Shown here piece by piece: positions 9,319 to 19,548 of a stretch of 64,000 nucleotides of DNA. The stretch is taken from assembly GCA_024403375.1 (NCBI GenBank), contig JAKSRZ010000001.1, positions 11,303-75,302 on the forward strand, in the 5' to 3' direction. This stretch comes from Lachnospiraceae bacterium (lineage in GTDB: Bacteria > Bacillota > Clostridia > Lachnospirales > Lachnospiraceae). Position 1 is the first letter of the stretch. Every line of letters starts with the position of its first letter. A program made the position numbers and the translations under genes. The notes under the pieces were generated by a model. That model saw nothing but the letters and a program-made list of their open reading frames with translations, had not been told where the DNA came from and did not search any database.

Positions 9319-10206
9319 TTACTGTACCTCTTCCTCTTCCTCACGTCTGATTGAGGAAACAAATTCTCTGGGGCCCACGCCATACTCTGCAGTAAATGCT
9401 CTGTAGAATCCTGCATAATCCGAAAAGCCACATTGCTTGAACACATCGTGAGGCTTATCTCCCGCAGCCAACATTCGGCGGGCAATCTGTACTCGTTTCT
9501 TTTGTACATAGTGGTAAACACCGGTTCCCATTTTCTTGCGAAATTCGTGGCTGAGATGATACTTGCTGACATACATCTTCTCAGCCAGTTCCTCAAGTGA
9601 AAGCTGTTCACCGTAGTGAATATTTATGTATTCGATAACTCTCGCAACAAGAGTGCTTGTGTAAGTTCCCTGTTCCTCGCCCTCAGGTTCCTGCTCAGTC
9701 AGACGATTGAGCATTACCATGAGCTGTGCAATAAGGCTTGACTGCATAATATCCCCGCCATAGCCTTCATTATCTGATTCGCGGTAAATATCATCCATCA
9801 ATTTACGTATTTCGTTTTTGTACTCAATAGGAACTCTGAGCTGATTCGTATAATTGGGATTTGTCTGATCAAGACATTTTGCAAGATTTGTTGTTGCCGT
9901 AGACATCCTGTCTACCATTTCCGTGTCTACCCAAAGCACATATCTTTCATACGGATCCGCATCCTTACGGATAAATACCTGATGAAGTTCCTTGGGATTA
10001 ATAAAGAGCACGTCACCGGGATGTACATGATAGATTCTGCCCTCGATTGAATATGTTACGTCACCGGAAACAAGAAAATAGATTTCATAGAAGTCATGAT
10101 GGTGAAGTTCTACATCCTGAAGGTAAGTATCTCGCTTGTGCTGAATCTCAAAGTCCTTTCGACACATTACCTGTCTTGGATTGTATGTTTGTAGTTTAGT
10201 AGCCAT
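9319..10206 (-). CDS. AraC-family transcriptional regulator (cupin sensor + double HTH)
   Basis: 295-aa ORF. The C-terminus SLEELAEKMYVSKYHLSHEFRK...GFSDYAGFYRAFTAEYG is typical of the AraC/XylS DNA-binding domain. Confidence 0.85.
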   Translation of the reverse strand: MATKLQTYNPRQVMCRKDFEIQHKRDTYLQDVELHHHDFYEIYFLVSGDVTYSIEGRIYHVHPGDVLFINPKELHQVFIRKDADPYERYVLWVDTEMVDRMSTATTNLAKCLDQTNPNYTNQLRVPIEYKNEIRKLMDDIYRESDNEGYGGDIMQSSLIAQLMVMLNRLTEQEPEGEEQGTYTSTLVARVIEYINIHYGEQLSLEELAEKMYVSKYHLSHEFRKKMGTGVYHYVQKKRVQIARRMLAAGDKPHDVFKQCGFSDYAGFYRAFTAEYGVGPREFVSSIRREEEEEVQ

Positions 10207-10318
10207 CTTTCCTCCGGTTCATAATTGACAATTATTACAATTCAAAACAACAAATCATACAATTGCAATTATTATTTTGTGCGTTATACTTACATCAATA
10301 ACAGAAAGGGAGTAGACA

Positions 10319-11347
10319 ATGGAAAGCCTAATTTTTGCCTTTAATGCCATCATGCCCATTATCCTGCTTATTGTATTGGGGTACATTCTAACCAAAGCAG
10401 GTTTTCTTACTGATGAATTTCTTAAGCTGGGAAACAAGTTCGTTTTTAACGTTGCTTTGCCGGCTCTTCTTTTCATAAATGTGTATTCTATAGAATCCTT
10501 TTCGGATATCGATCTGTCTTTTGTAGTTTATTCCTTAATCGTTGTTTCGCTCTTCTTCCTTGCAGGACTCCTTCTGGTTAAGCTTACTATTCACGACAGT
10601 AAACAAAAGGGGGTCATTCTGCAGTGCTGCTTCCGTTCCAACTACGCAATAATCGGAATTCCCTTGGCCGAGTCTCTCGGCGGTTCCGCAGCGGTCGGTG
10701 CAGCAGCTGTGCTTTCAGCCTTTTCCATCCCGGTTTACAATATGCTGGCGGTTATCGCACTTACTTTGTATGTAACTGACGAGGACGGTTCCTCCGTTTC
10801 AACCGGAACGCGTATAAAAAAAGTATTGTTGAACATTCTTAAAAATCCGCTGATAATCGGTGTTGTAGTCGGTATGATTGCTTTGGGAATACGAAGCTTC
10901 ATCCCGGTCAGACCCGACGGCACTTATGTGTTCAGCCTTTCCGGTTCTCTGCCATTCCTTTTCAAGGCCATTAAAAGCCTCTCCTCTGTGGCAACTCCTC
11001 TGGCTCTTGTAATTCTTGGAGGCAGGTTCGATTTCAAAACAACTTCTGATTCAATACGGGAAATACTGATTGGTACGATTGTAAGAGTCATCTTTGTTCC
11101 GCTTATTGCTCTTGCAGGAGCCGTGCTTCTTTCCCGCTACACCTCTCTGGTGAACTTTGACAGCACAGTTTATCCGGCCTTGGTTGCTCTCTTCGGAACA
11201 CCCGTTGCCGTATCCTCAGCCATCATGGCAGAACAGATGAAAAACGACGGAAAACTTGCGGCCCAGCTTGTCGTATGGACCTCTCTTCTTTCCATTCTCA
11301 CGATTTTCATCGAGGTAGTTATTTTGAGGAACCTCGGACTGCTTTAG
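10319..11347 (+). CDS. AEC-family (auxin efflux carrier / malate-permease-like) transporter
   Basis: 342-aa ORF with about 10 TM segments and a two-half architecture. RBS AAAGGGAG. Divergent from the AraC gene. Confidence 0.75.
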   Translation: MESLIFAFNAIMPIILLIVLGYILTKAGFLTDEFLKLGNKFVFNVALPALLFINVYSIESFSDIDLSFVVYSLIVVSLFFLAGLLLVKLTIHDSKQKGVILQCCFRSNYAIIGIPLAESLGGSAAVGAAAVLSAFSIPVYNMLAVIALTLYVTDEDGSSVSTGTRIKKVLLNILKNPLIIGVVVGMIALGIRSFIPVRPDGTYVFSLSGSLPFLFKAIKSLSSVATPLALVILGGRFDFKTTSDSIREILIGTIVRVIFVPLIALAGAVLLSRYTSLVNFDSTVYPALVALFGTPVAVSSAIMAEQMKNDGKLAAQLVVWTSLLSILTIFIEVVILRNLGLL

Positions 11348-11837
11348 TTATAAGCGACTTTGCAAGAAGGAAAAATCCATCTGATAAAAAGAAGAATACG
11401 CCGTACAAAATCGGCTCACTCTTTAACCAGACAAATCCACTTTCAACCCATCCCTGCTTTTGTGCCAGCACATTAATCGCATTGTAGATATAAGCTACTC
11501 CGATTGAGATAGCAAGGTAATACAGAATGTTGCAGAAAAATGTGTAAAATTTTTTCTGCGGAAACATCATCCATGGATCGTAAACCGATTTATCCGTACG
11601 CATAAACCTGAAAATATTGTTGATAAGCAGGTCATTCACCATTCCGTGAACAATTCCGAGCACCAACACAAGGTCAAACTGATTGACTGTATCCAGGGCA
11701 CCCAGTCCCATGCCTACAAGATAGTACACGCAACCGGCAAACCACCATTTAATGAAAATAGCTTTGACAGGCACAGGTATAAAAGCCAGCCTGTCTATTT
11801 TATATGGATCAGGTTGTGAGTTGTTAGTTCTACTCAT
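11319..11837 (-). CDS. small polytopic membrane protein, unassigned (last gene of the ABC cluster)
   Basis: 172-aa ORF with about 4 TM. Its ATG lies inside the last codons of the upstream gene (8-nt overlap). No strong SD, so the start is supported only by coupling. Confidence 0.5.
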   Translation of the reverse strand: MSRTNNSQPDPYKIDRLAFIPVPVKAIFIKWWFAGCVYYLVGMGLGALDTVNQFDLVLVLGIVHGMVNDLLINNIFRFMRTDKSVYDPWMMFPQKKFYTFFCNILYYLAISIGVAYIYNAINVLAQKQGWVESGFVWLKSEPILYGVFFFLSDGFFLLAKSLITKAVRGSSK

Positions 11838-12384
11838 CCTCGGCTATTACCTCTTCGTCATCGTCATCATCGTCAAATTCATTATCCTTAACGGATGTGT
11901 TGATTTTGTTGAGAAGCTTTCCGTAAACGGGTTTAAGCACAACAAACGCAATGGTAATTCCAAGTGATATCATGTGATTTCTGAGGTCGATAATGGCCTG
12001 GTTGAGGGCAGGTCTGTCTTCTGCACCAGCAGCCTTGATTGCGTCGATTCTTCCTGCAATGGATCTGAAGGAAAGGAAATCAGAAACAAAGAGGAATACA
12101 AGGATAATTACGCAGAGAACAAGCATTACATAGTTTGTTCCTTTTCTTGTGTGTGAGTTGAGATACGTAAAAATCGAAAGGATCGAAAAAAGCGTTGTCG
12201 TAAACACAAGGATAGCAACCCAGAAATCTGTTGCATATATTGATGCGTTTGAATAGTTTGAAAGCTTGAATGTATATATCATACAGGAAATAATAATAGC
12301 CAAAAGAGGAAGTATTTCCGGTTTTCTCTTTAAGCCCACAAGCTTTTTACGAAAGAATTCTTTTATAGATGCTCCGAAAGACAT
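11830..12384 (-). CDS. small polytopic membrane protein with a poly-acidic C-terminal tail, unassigned
   Basis: 184-aa ORF with 4 TM. RBS AAGGAG. The tail is ...VKDNEFDDDDDDEEVIAEDE. Confidence 0.6.
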   Translation of the reverse strand: MSFGASIKEFFRKKLVGLKRKPEILPLLAIIISCMIYTFKLSNYSNASIYATDFWVAILVFTTTLFSILSIFTYLNSHTRKGTNYVMLVLCVIILVFLFVSDFLSFRSIAGRIDAIKAAGAEDRPALNQAIIDLRNHMISLGITIAFVVLKPVYGKLLNKINTSVKDNEFDDDDDDEEVIAEDE

Positions 12385-12407
12385 GGCAATCTCCTTATGT
12401 CGATGGT

Positions 12408-13478
12408 TTATTTTGTGGGAATAACCTGAGTTGTTGTCTTATTGAAAAGATGAATCTTTTCGCTCTTAAAGCTAAGCTTAAGCTCATCTCCGTTCTTATA
12501 TTCAGACCATTCCTTGAACTTACAGGTAAGCTTCTTTTTCTGAGCGTAACCATGAACAAGTGTATTCTGTCCGAGATTTTCATTAAGTGTAACCTTGAAA
12601 TCAATATCATTGCCCTTAACGATGTCCTCGGGACGGATACCAAGTACCACTGTCTGTCCTTCGTAATCGTCAAGCTGTCCCTGATAGCGGTCCGGAACGG
12701 GTATGTCAAGGTAGTTATTCTTAAGTCTTCCGCCACTTACCTGAACATCGATAAAGTTCATGGGAGGAAGTCCTATAAAGCTTGCAACAAAGAGGTTTGC
12801 GGGATGATCATAAAGCTCGATGGGTGTACCGATCTGCTGAACGTAACCATCGCTCATGCACACGATTCTGTCTGCAAGTGTAAGGGCCTCAGTCTGGTCA
12901 TGTGTAACATAAATCATTGTGGATTTAAGTCTGTCATGAAGAAGCATAAGCTCGCGTCTCATGGAGCCTCTGAGCTTTGCATCAAGGTTTGAAAGGGGCT
13001 CATCAAAGAGGAATACTTTAGGTTGACGAACAATAGCTCTTCCTACTGCAACTCGCTGACGCTGACCGCCGGAAAGCTGGCCAGGCTTCTTGTTCAGCTG
13101 ATCGTGCAAGCCAAGTATTTCTGCTGCAGCCATAACCTTCTCATGAATCACATTCTTATCTTCATGGCGAAGTACAAGAGAAAAAGCCATATTCTCGTAA
13201 ACGGTCATATGTGCATAAAGTGCATAGTTCTGGAAAACCATGGCAATATCTCTGTCCTTGGGAGCCATATTTGTAACATCATCATTGTCGATAAGAAGCT
13301 GACCTGAGGAAATTTCTTCAAGGCCGGCAACCATTCTTAATGTTGTTGACTTTCCGCATCCTGAAGGTCCTACAAGAACGATAAACTCACCGTCCTTTAC
13401 TTCAAGATTGAAATCAAATACAGCCTGAACGCCGTTTGGATATATTTTGTTGATATTTCTTAAACTAAGGTTTGCCAT
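12408..13478 (-). CDS. sugar ABC transporter ATP-binding protein (MsmK/MalK/UgpC-type), copy 2
   Basis: 356-aa ORF with GPSGCGKST, LSGGQRQRVAVGRA and FLFDEPLSNLDA, plus a C-terminal MalK-type regulatory domain. Confidence 0.9.
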   Translation of the reverse strand: MANLSLRNINKIYPNGVQAVFDFNLEVKDGEFIVLVGPSGCGKSTTLRMVAGLEEISSGQLLIDNDDVTNMAPKDRDIAMVFQNYALYAHMTVYENMAFSLVLRHEDKNVIHEKVMAAAEILGLHDQLNKKPGQLSGGQRQRVAVGRAIVRQPKVFLFDEPLSNLDAKLRGSMRRELMLLHDRLKSTMIYVTHDQTEALTLADRIVCMSDGYVQQIGTPIELYDHPANLFVASFIGLPPMNFIDVQVSGGRLKNNYLDIPVPDRYQGQLDDYEGQTVVLGIRPEDIVKGNDIDFKVTLNENLGQNTLVHGYAQKKKLTCKFKEWSEYKNGDELKLSFKSEKIHLFNKTTTQVIPTK

Positions 13479-13500
13479 TTAGTAACTCCCTTGAGTCTTA

Positions 13501-13965
13501 TTATTTTTTAGCTGTTTCTGATTTTAACAGTTTGTTGAGTAATGAACACTTTACGAAAGAGTTTACAGCTGCTATAAACATGCACACAGCTGAGATAAGA
13601 AGGCATATTGCACAGATAGTGTACTGTTTATCTGTGATGTAGCCTGCTTCCATCATCTTCTTGGGGAAATCGAACATTCTGAAAATCTGCAGTGCTCCCA
13701 TCAGAACCGGAGCCACCGCCCACTTCATGTGGTAGGTCTTCAATTCTTCACCCACATAGAATGCAAAAAGCATAAACAAAATATTTACAACGATATCAAT
13801 TCCGATAATGTAAAAGCTGAAGCCCGACTTACCGGTAATATCTGTCAGATAGCTGTTTGAATATATAATCATGAACTGGACGATGTCTGCAACAAGTGCA
13901 AACATGCAAAGTGTGAAGGAAAGGGAGTCATTCTTGTAGCGCATGCGCTCAACGTTTATCTTCAT
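13501..13965 (-). CDS. small polytopic membrane protein, unassigned
   Basis: 154-aa ORF with about 4 TM. Its start overlaps the upstream stop (TAATG). Confidence 0.6.
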   Translation of the reverse strand: MKINVERMRYKNDSLSFTLCMFALVADIVQFMIIYSNSYLTDITGKSGFSFYIIGIDIVVNILFMLFAFYVGEELKTYHMKWAVAPVLMGALQIFRMFDFPKKMMEAGYITDKQYTICAICLLISAVCMFIAAVNSFVKCSLLNKLLKSETAKK

Positions 13966-14555
13966 TAACGTGCCTCCTTTGCCGTCTTAAGAAGCTTCAT
14001 AGCTTCGGCTTCTTTGCTCATCCAGATTACTTTCCAAATTACGTTTGCCACGATAAGAATCGCAACGACTACTCCTATTACTGATACTGCCATAGCCGCA
14101 TCAAACCAGAAGGTAGATTTGTTTACTACGAAGTCATTAGGGAACATTTCAACCCAAAATTCCCACTGATCAAAAGCTACGGTGTTAAGGAACTGATCCT
14201 TGTGTGCCACTGCATTGGTGAACACATAGTAGCTTGTGTATACGTTAAATGCCACATAAGCGGCTGAGGAAATGTAGTTGGAAATATAATATTTTCTTCT
14301 TGTGTTGTTGAGTGTGATAAAACACAAAGCGGCGAGAATCAGCATCACAACAGCATATACAACTTCTGTTCTGTTAAAATCCTGAACATCATAGTAAATT
14401 CGACTGCCCTCAACATACATGAAGCTTGTCTCATCTATGAAGTAATATAACGTGTACAGGTTGGTGGAATATCCGAGACCCAGCACAAAGAAAAGCACTG
14501 CCGAAGCCAGTCCAAGCACTGTAACAAGTTTTTGGAATTTCATCTGTTGTAACAT
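13965..14555 (-). CDS. small polytopic membrane protein, unassigned
   Basis: 196-aa ORF with about 4 TM. Strong RBS GGGAGGA. Confidence 0.6.
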   Translation of the reverse strand: MLQQMKFQKLVTVLGLASAVLFFVLGLGYSTNLYTLYYFIDETSFMYVEGSRIYYDVQDFNRTEVVYAVVMLILAALCFITLNNTRRKYYISNYISSAAYVAFNVYTSYYVFTNAVAHKDQFLNTVAFDQWEFWVEMFPNDFVVNKSTFWFDAAMAVSVIGVVVAILIVANVIWKVIWMSKEAEAMKLLKTAKEAR

Positions 14556-14625
14556 GCGAATCCTCCCATATCATGCTGTATGCATGATGGATAAAAGTTA
14601 GTTTCTGTATTTCTTAAATATCGTC

Positions 14626-14647
14626 CCCGGGAGAAAAATCTCCCGGG
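14626..14647 (-). other. intercistronic GC stem-loop after the SBP gene
   Basis: CCCGGGAGA-UUUU-UCUCCCGGG forms a perfect 9-bp stem with no U-tract. It is a likely mRNA-stabilising or partial-termination element. Confidence 0.4.
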
Positions 14648-14662
14648 AAACGAAAGCTTTTA

Positions 14663-16915
14663 TTATTCTGTCTTTGCTGCGTCTGCTGCTGCCTTCTTGT
14701 TAAGAGCTTCTTCGAAGCCATACTTGATAGCATCTACGAATACAGAGTATTCACCCTTTGTCTTAGAGAAGTAGCTTGCGAGATTTGCACACTTCTCAGA
14801 GAGAATAGCGTTCTCGTTTGCAGTTGTAGCGAATGTTGTAGGAATAATGCGGTAGAAAGGTGTTGCACAATCAGCTGTGTTAACCTGTACGTGCTCAAGT
14901 ACGCCGTAAAGGATTGCGTTGTTGATAAGTACGAGACCGTTCTTACCTGTTTCAGTTGTACACTGATATTCCATACCCTGCTGCTTGATGTAGCCGATAG
15001 GGAATGTAGCACCAAGGTACTGACGATAGTAGTTAGTATAGTTACCACCTGCAAGTGTTGCTAACTCGTTAAGAGCTGCTGCAGAAAGCTTAGGAACCTG
15101 CTGTCCCTGGTAGTCAATTGTGTTGTTGCCATCGATCCAAGCATCAGGACCATAAGACATTGTTCTGTTACCCTCTGTGGAGTACATGTAATCGAAAAGT
15201 GCAAGAGCCTTAGCAAGCTTGTTAGCATCCTGTGTACACTCTGTTGTGATTACCCAACCTTCTGTCTTAACGGATCTCCAAGACTCTGTGAATCTTGTAA
15301 GCTTAGAACCATTTACATCTGTTGCCCAAAGAGCTACAGGGTTGATGATGGACTGAAGCTTGAAGCCTTCAACCTTAACTGTATCGTTGTAAGCTGTCTG
15401 TGTCTGTACGTAGTCGTAAAGACCGAAGCCAAGGTTGTCCTTGTACATTGTGTCGTAAACCTTTGTACCTGCTGCACCGCCTGCACCCTCAAGGTCGAAG
15501 TCCTTAAGAAGGAGACCGTCTGCATAGAGCTGGCCAAGCTTTTCGATTGCGTAGTAGTACTCTGTGGACTGACGGCCATCGCAAAGGTTGCCGTTAGCAT
15601 CAAAGTAGAGATAATCCTTCTCAGCATCTGCACCACGAACACCGAACATGTTGCATGCAAGTGTGAAGAGGTCGGGAACTCTCTGGAGAGTAGCTTCACG
15701 GCCGAAGAAACCGTAAACTACATCAGAAGCACCGTTTGTAAGGAACTTAGGGTTAGCTACAACGCAACGAAGAAGAGCAACCATCTCGTCTGCATCCCAT
15801 GCAGCGTTCTGACCAACGAAGAGGTCTGCACGGTTGTCGCCGTAGTATCCGTTGTATGTTGTGTCGATGTAATCACGAAGAGCCTTAACAAGTGTAGCAC
15901 CGTTCTTGTTGGATACTTCGTTCATTACTGTTGTGATGTTCTTAGCGTAATCCTTCTTAACAGTCTCAACGCCTGTACCATCTGCCTTTACAACCTTAAC
16001 CTCAAGTGCGTCTGCACCGGATGCTGAAGCAGGCATATAGTTTGTATATGTGAAGGAACCAGCGTAAGCTGTTGAATCGAACTTGGACTCATCGAATGCA
16101 CCGTTAAGGAGCTTCTCAACCCAGTCAACACGAACGAGAACTGTCTTCTCGATATCGTTGTAACCATCGAAGTAAGGAGCATAGTAGATGTGTCCGTCAC
16201 CGGCTGTGATTGTTGTCTTTACGACTTCGTTTCCATCAAGGAATGCCTTGAAGTTAGGCATATACTCAAGGTACTGGTCAAGCTGAGCGAAGTTACCTGT
16301 CTGGCCATCTTCGTTTGCGTTTGCTGCAGATGCACAAAGAACGTCTACGCCGGAGAAGTTGTTGTTCTTAACTGCTTTGTAGTTGTTGTTTACAGAAGAC
16401 TCTGTTGTAGTAACATCGTTGATTACAAAGCCAACATCGCTCTGAACCTTCTTCCATGTAGGAAGGAGATCGCCCTTTTCGTATGTAACACCATCAGCTG
16501 CATTGTATGCATCATCAAGTGTGTAGGACATTCTGAGCTTGTTGTAAAGAACAGAAAGGTTAAGTGTAACGCCTGCTGCGTTCTTATCACCAACGTTTGC
16601 CTTTACTGTCTGGCCGTTTGAATATTCGCCGGACATCATTCTCTTGTATGCACTCTGAAGTGCTGCAAGATAAAGCTTACCACCAAAGTCATCCTGAACT
16701 GTTGTAATAAGGTTTGCTGCTGAATCAGAAACCTTCTTCTCCTCTACAACTACTGCCTTGGGAGCAGGTGTTGCTGTTGCTGCAGGTTCCTGTGTGCTTG
16801 CGCCCTGTGTAACTTCCGGCTGAGGATTTTCTGTGGTTGTCTTACCACAGCCTGCGAAGCTGCTGAGTACCATTGCCGATACGAGCACAAGGCCTAAAAT
16901 TTTCTTTACTTTCAT
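14663..16915 (-). CDS. unusually large (750 aa) extracellular solute-binding lipoprotein, CUT1/LplA-like
   Basis: Lipoprotein signal MKVKKILGLVLVSAMVLSSFAGC, then a Thr/Pro/Ala-rich linker. It sits next to two CUT1 permease genes. Confidence 0.8.
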   Translation of the reverse strand: MKVKKILGLVLVSAMVLSSFAGCGKTTTENPQPEVTQGASTQEPAATATPAPKAVVVEEKKVSDSAANLITTVQDDFGGKLYLAALQSAYKRMMSGEYSNGQTVKANVGDKNAAGVTLNLSVLYNKLRMSYTLDDAYNAADGVTYEKGDLLPTWKKVQSDVGFVINDVTTTESSVNNNYKAVKNNNFSGVDVLCASAANANEDGQTGNFAQLDQYLEYMPNFKAFLDGNEVVKTTITAGDGHIYYAPYFDGYNDIEKTVLVRVDWVEKLLNGAFDESKFDSTAYAGSFTYTNYMPASASGADALEVKVVKADGTGVETVKKDYAKNITTVMNEVSNKNGATLVKALRDYIDTTYNGYYGDNRADLFVGQNAAWDADEMVALLRCVVANPKFLTNGASDVVYGFFGREATLQRVPDLFTLACNMFGVRGADAEKDYLYFDANGNLCDGRQSTEYYYAIEKLGQLYADGLLLKDFDLEGAGGAAGTKVYDTMYKDNLGFGLYDYVQTQTAYNDTVKVEGFKLQSIINPVALWATDVNGSKLTRFTESWRSVKTEGWVITTECTQDANKLAKALALFDYMYSTEGNRTMSYGPDAWIDGNNTIDYQGQQVPKLSAAALNELATLAGGNYTNYYRQYLGATFPIGYIKQQGMEYQCTTETGKNGLVLINNAILYGVLEHVQVNTADCATPFYRIIPTTFATTANENAILSEKCANLASYFSKTKGEYSVFVDAIKYGFEEALNKKAAADAAKTE

Positions 16916-16979
16916 AAAGCCCTCCGTTTTATTAAATGGAATTTATCACACCGGTTTTCCCGGATAATGATCTTGGTAA

Positions 16980-17861
16980 TTACTCCTTTACGCCGCCAAG
17001 GTTAACGCCCTTTGCGAAGTATTTCTGGATGTAAGGATAAATGATAAGAATCGGTATAATCGCACAAATAATCATGGAGTAGATAACCGAGTCTGTGGCG
17101 AAGTTTTCAAACGCCTGTGTTTCTGTAGTATTGAACTGCTCGAGAGTATCTCTGATGTAAACCTGTAAAGGCCATTCTGCAGAGTTACCAATCATCTTTC
17201 TTGCCCAGAAGTAACCGTTCCAACGGGAGATACCGAAGAAGAGGCCGACTGTGGCAATTGCTGATTTTGACATCGGAACGTATACCTTTGTAAGAATCTG
17301 GAATTCGGAAGCACCATCAACAATGGAAGCCTCTTCAATCTCACTGGGTACTCCTTCAAATGCGTTTCTTAAAAGAATAACGTTGAATGCGTTTGTACCC
17401 ATGGCGATAACGATGAGCCACTTATCATCCATGATTCCCATGCCCTGGAAAATTCCCTGTGTAGCCTTGTAGTTCAGCCATGTAGGAATAAGTCCTGCCG
17501 CAAACCACATTGTGAAGGAAAGGAGGAAGTTGAAGCCTCTGCGGAACATAAGTCTCTTCTTTGAAAGAGCATATGCACCTGCGATGGAAACAACCAGCGC
17601 CCAGATTGTACCGTAGAATGTAACGAACAGTGTGTTTGCGTAGCATGTCCAGAAGGTTTTCTGCTGAAGCACGTACATGAATGCATCGAACTGAACGTCC
17701 ACAGGCCAAAGGATAACCTTACCTGTTCTCAGTGCATCCATACCACTTATGGAAGCGGAAACCGCATATACAAAGGGGTACAGACAGAACAATGCAAACA
17801 CCGTCAAAAACAGATATGCAAATATTTTGAAGATTAATTCGGATATTTCTATTCTTTTCAC
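16980..17861 (-). CDS. carbohydrate ABC transporter permease (LplC-type)
   Basis: 293-aa ORF with EAA loop EEASIVDGASEFQILTKVYVP. Confidence 0.85.
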   Translation of the reverse strand: MKRIEISELIFKIFAYLFLTVFALFCLYPFVYAVSASISGMDALRTGKVILWPVDVQFDAFMYVLQQKTFWTCYANTLFVTFYGTIWALVVSIAGAYALSKKRLMFRRGFNFLLSFTMWFAAGLIPTWLNYKATQGIFQGMGIMDDKWLIVIAMGTNAFNVILLRNAFEGVPSEIEEASIVDGASEFQILTKVYVPMSKSAIATVGLFFGISRWNGYFWARKMIGNSAEWPLQVYIRDTLEQFNTTETQAFENFATDSVIYSMIICAIIPILIIYPYIQKYFAKGVNLGGVKE

Positions 17862-17878
17862 GATTTTCTCTCCCGGTG

Positions 17879-18922
17879 TTAGTAGAGTGATGTGTTGGAT
17901 ACTCGTTTACTTATCATGTTGGAACCGATAACAAGAAGCATTGCTATTACTGCTGAAAGCATTTCGGCTGCGGATGCAAGTCCCGGCAATGCACTTCCGC
18001 CTGTCTCAAGACCACCGATACGGGCGGCAAATGTTGATACAACGTCTGCTGTCTCCCATGTCTGGGGCTTATAAAGAAGGAGGATCTTTTCGTATCCGAC
18101 CGTAAGGAGATCACCGATACGAAGAATAAGCATAATTGTTATTGTTGAAAGGATTCCGGGTAATACAACGTGGCGAATCTGTGCCATTTTGTTTGCACCG
18201 TCCATCTGGGCTGCTTCGTAGCTTGTAGGAGAAATTCCTATGATTGCGGCGAAGTAAACGATGGAGCCGTATCCGCATCCTTCCCAGATACCTGAAATAA
18301 TGTATACGGATCTGAAGTACTGGGGCGCATACATTACGCCGGCGTTGGCTGCTTCCTGAGAAAGGAGTCCAAGCTTTACAAGAGCAGTTGAAACAACACC
18401 ACAGCTTGATACGTCACTACCAACTTTCAGGAGAAGTGCTACGAGGGAAGTCATAACTACTGTGGAAACGAACTTCGGAAGGTATGTAAGAACCTGAAGT
18501 ACGCTTCTGTAGATATCAGACTTAATCTCATTAAAGAAAAGTGCAATTATAATGGGAATGGGGAATCCGAAAAGCAATCCGTAGAAGCTTATTGCGAATG
18601 TGTTTCTGAAGGCTCTCCAGAACTCATTTGCCTTGGATCCGAACATCATCTGCTTAAACCACTGGAATCCAACGAAGTCCTGCTCATTAACTCTTATAAC
18701 CGCCACGCCTTCCTTCATGCCTGACTTAAATGCCACAAGAAGTTCATACATGGGCATGTACTTCCAGCAGACAAACACAAATACCAGCGGCAGGAGAAGC
18801 AGGTAGAGTCTCCAGTCTTTGCCCAGCTTTTTAAAATTGTCTTTCCAGTAGTTCTTTTCGAATTCGTCCCTTTTAAGTGTTTGTTCATCAGGAATCAAAT
18901 TCGTCATCTTGTCCTTCTTCAT
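17879..18922 (-). CDS. carbohydrate ABC transporter permease (LplB-type)
   Basis: EAA loop EAAQMDGANKMAQIRHVVLP. The ORF-track start at 19024 is rejected. GGAGG (rc, 18928-18932) precedes ATGATG, so the start is at 18922 or 18925. Confidence 0.8.
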   Translation of the reverse strand: MKKDKMTNLIPDEQTLKRDEFEKNYWKDNFKKLGKDWRLYLLLLPLVFVFVCWKYMPMYELLVAFKSGMKEGVAVIRVNEQDFVGFQWFKQMMFGSKANEFWRAFRNTFAISFYGLLFGFPIPIIIALFFNEIKSDIYRSVLQVLTYLPKFVSTVVMTSLVALLLKVGSDVSSCGVVSTALVKLGLLSQEAANAGVMYAPQYFRSVYIISGIWEGCGYGSIVYFAAIIGISPTSYEAAQMDGANKMAQIRHVVLPGILSTITIMLILRIGDLLTVGYEKILLLYKPQTWETADVVSTFAARIGGLETGGSALPGLASAAEMLSAVIAMLLVIGSNMISKRVSNTSLY

Positions 18923-19544
18923 CATAGCCTCCGGAAGAAATCTGTTTATTCTTTTCTCTCTCAGCCTGTAAGGCCTTAAGGTATTCCAGCTGATCCATGA
19001 ACAGCCCCGGCTGTCTGCCGGCAATTAATACAACGATTATGCCAATTACTATATTCAGTGCGTCTGACACTATAAATCCTCTGAAGGAATTGGTAAGTGC
19101 CGGTACAAAGCCCTGCTCACCGACTTCAAATATCAGTGCCAGCAACGTTCTGCCGATTTCCACCACCAGAAATCCTGTTGCAGTGAAAGCAATTTTCATT
19201 CCCGTTGATTCTTCTATTCTCTTTTTCCCTTCGTTTCTGCACCAAAGAGCATTTAAGAGAACGAAGCAGTTTCCGACTATGTAAACCACATAGCTTCCGA
19301 AGCTTCCTGAATTGGCCACGCAGTAGGCCAGGCCTCCTGCCGCAGGAATCATCCACGCTCTTAATCCCCATCTCTGCATCGCTATCAATGAAAGCGGGAT
19401 TACCAGCGATAATGAGAACAGCTCCGCCGGAAATAGTTTTTTTAAGACGATTATGTTTATAAGTTCTACCGCACATGCAAGAAGTGTCAGAATAAACAGA
19501 TCAAATATGCGATAGGCCTTCAATGAAATTCCGTTCTGATTCAT
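18888..19544 (-). CDS. six-TM membrane protein with an acidic C-terminal tail, unassigned
   Basis: 218-aa ORF that starts 4 nt after the ATPase stop. The tail is ...QISSGGYDEEGQDDEFDS. Confidence 0.6.
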   Translation of the reverse strand: MNQNGISLKAYRIFDLFILTLLACAVELINIIVLKKLFPAELFSLSLVIPLSLIAMQRWGLRAWMIPAAGGLAYCVANSGSFGSYVVYIVGNCFVLLNALWCRNEGKKRIEESTGMKIAFTATGFLVVEIGRTLLALIFEVGEQGFVPALTNSFRGFIVSDALNIVIGIIVVLIAGRQPGLFMDQLEYLKALQAEREKNKQISSGGYDEEGQDDEFDS

Positions 19545-19548
19545 TTTG

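Noticed and set aside
17879-19024. N-terminally extended ORF-track starts (19024, 20700, 36784, 41921, 42666, 44511, 47875, 53490, 55210, 55288, 62148, 62671)
   Set aside because: The extensions overlap upstream genes or terminators, often begin at non-ATG codons, and lack an SD. In each case an internal ATG or GTG with a GGAGG-type RBS gives the conserved family N-terminus.
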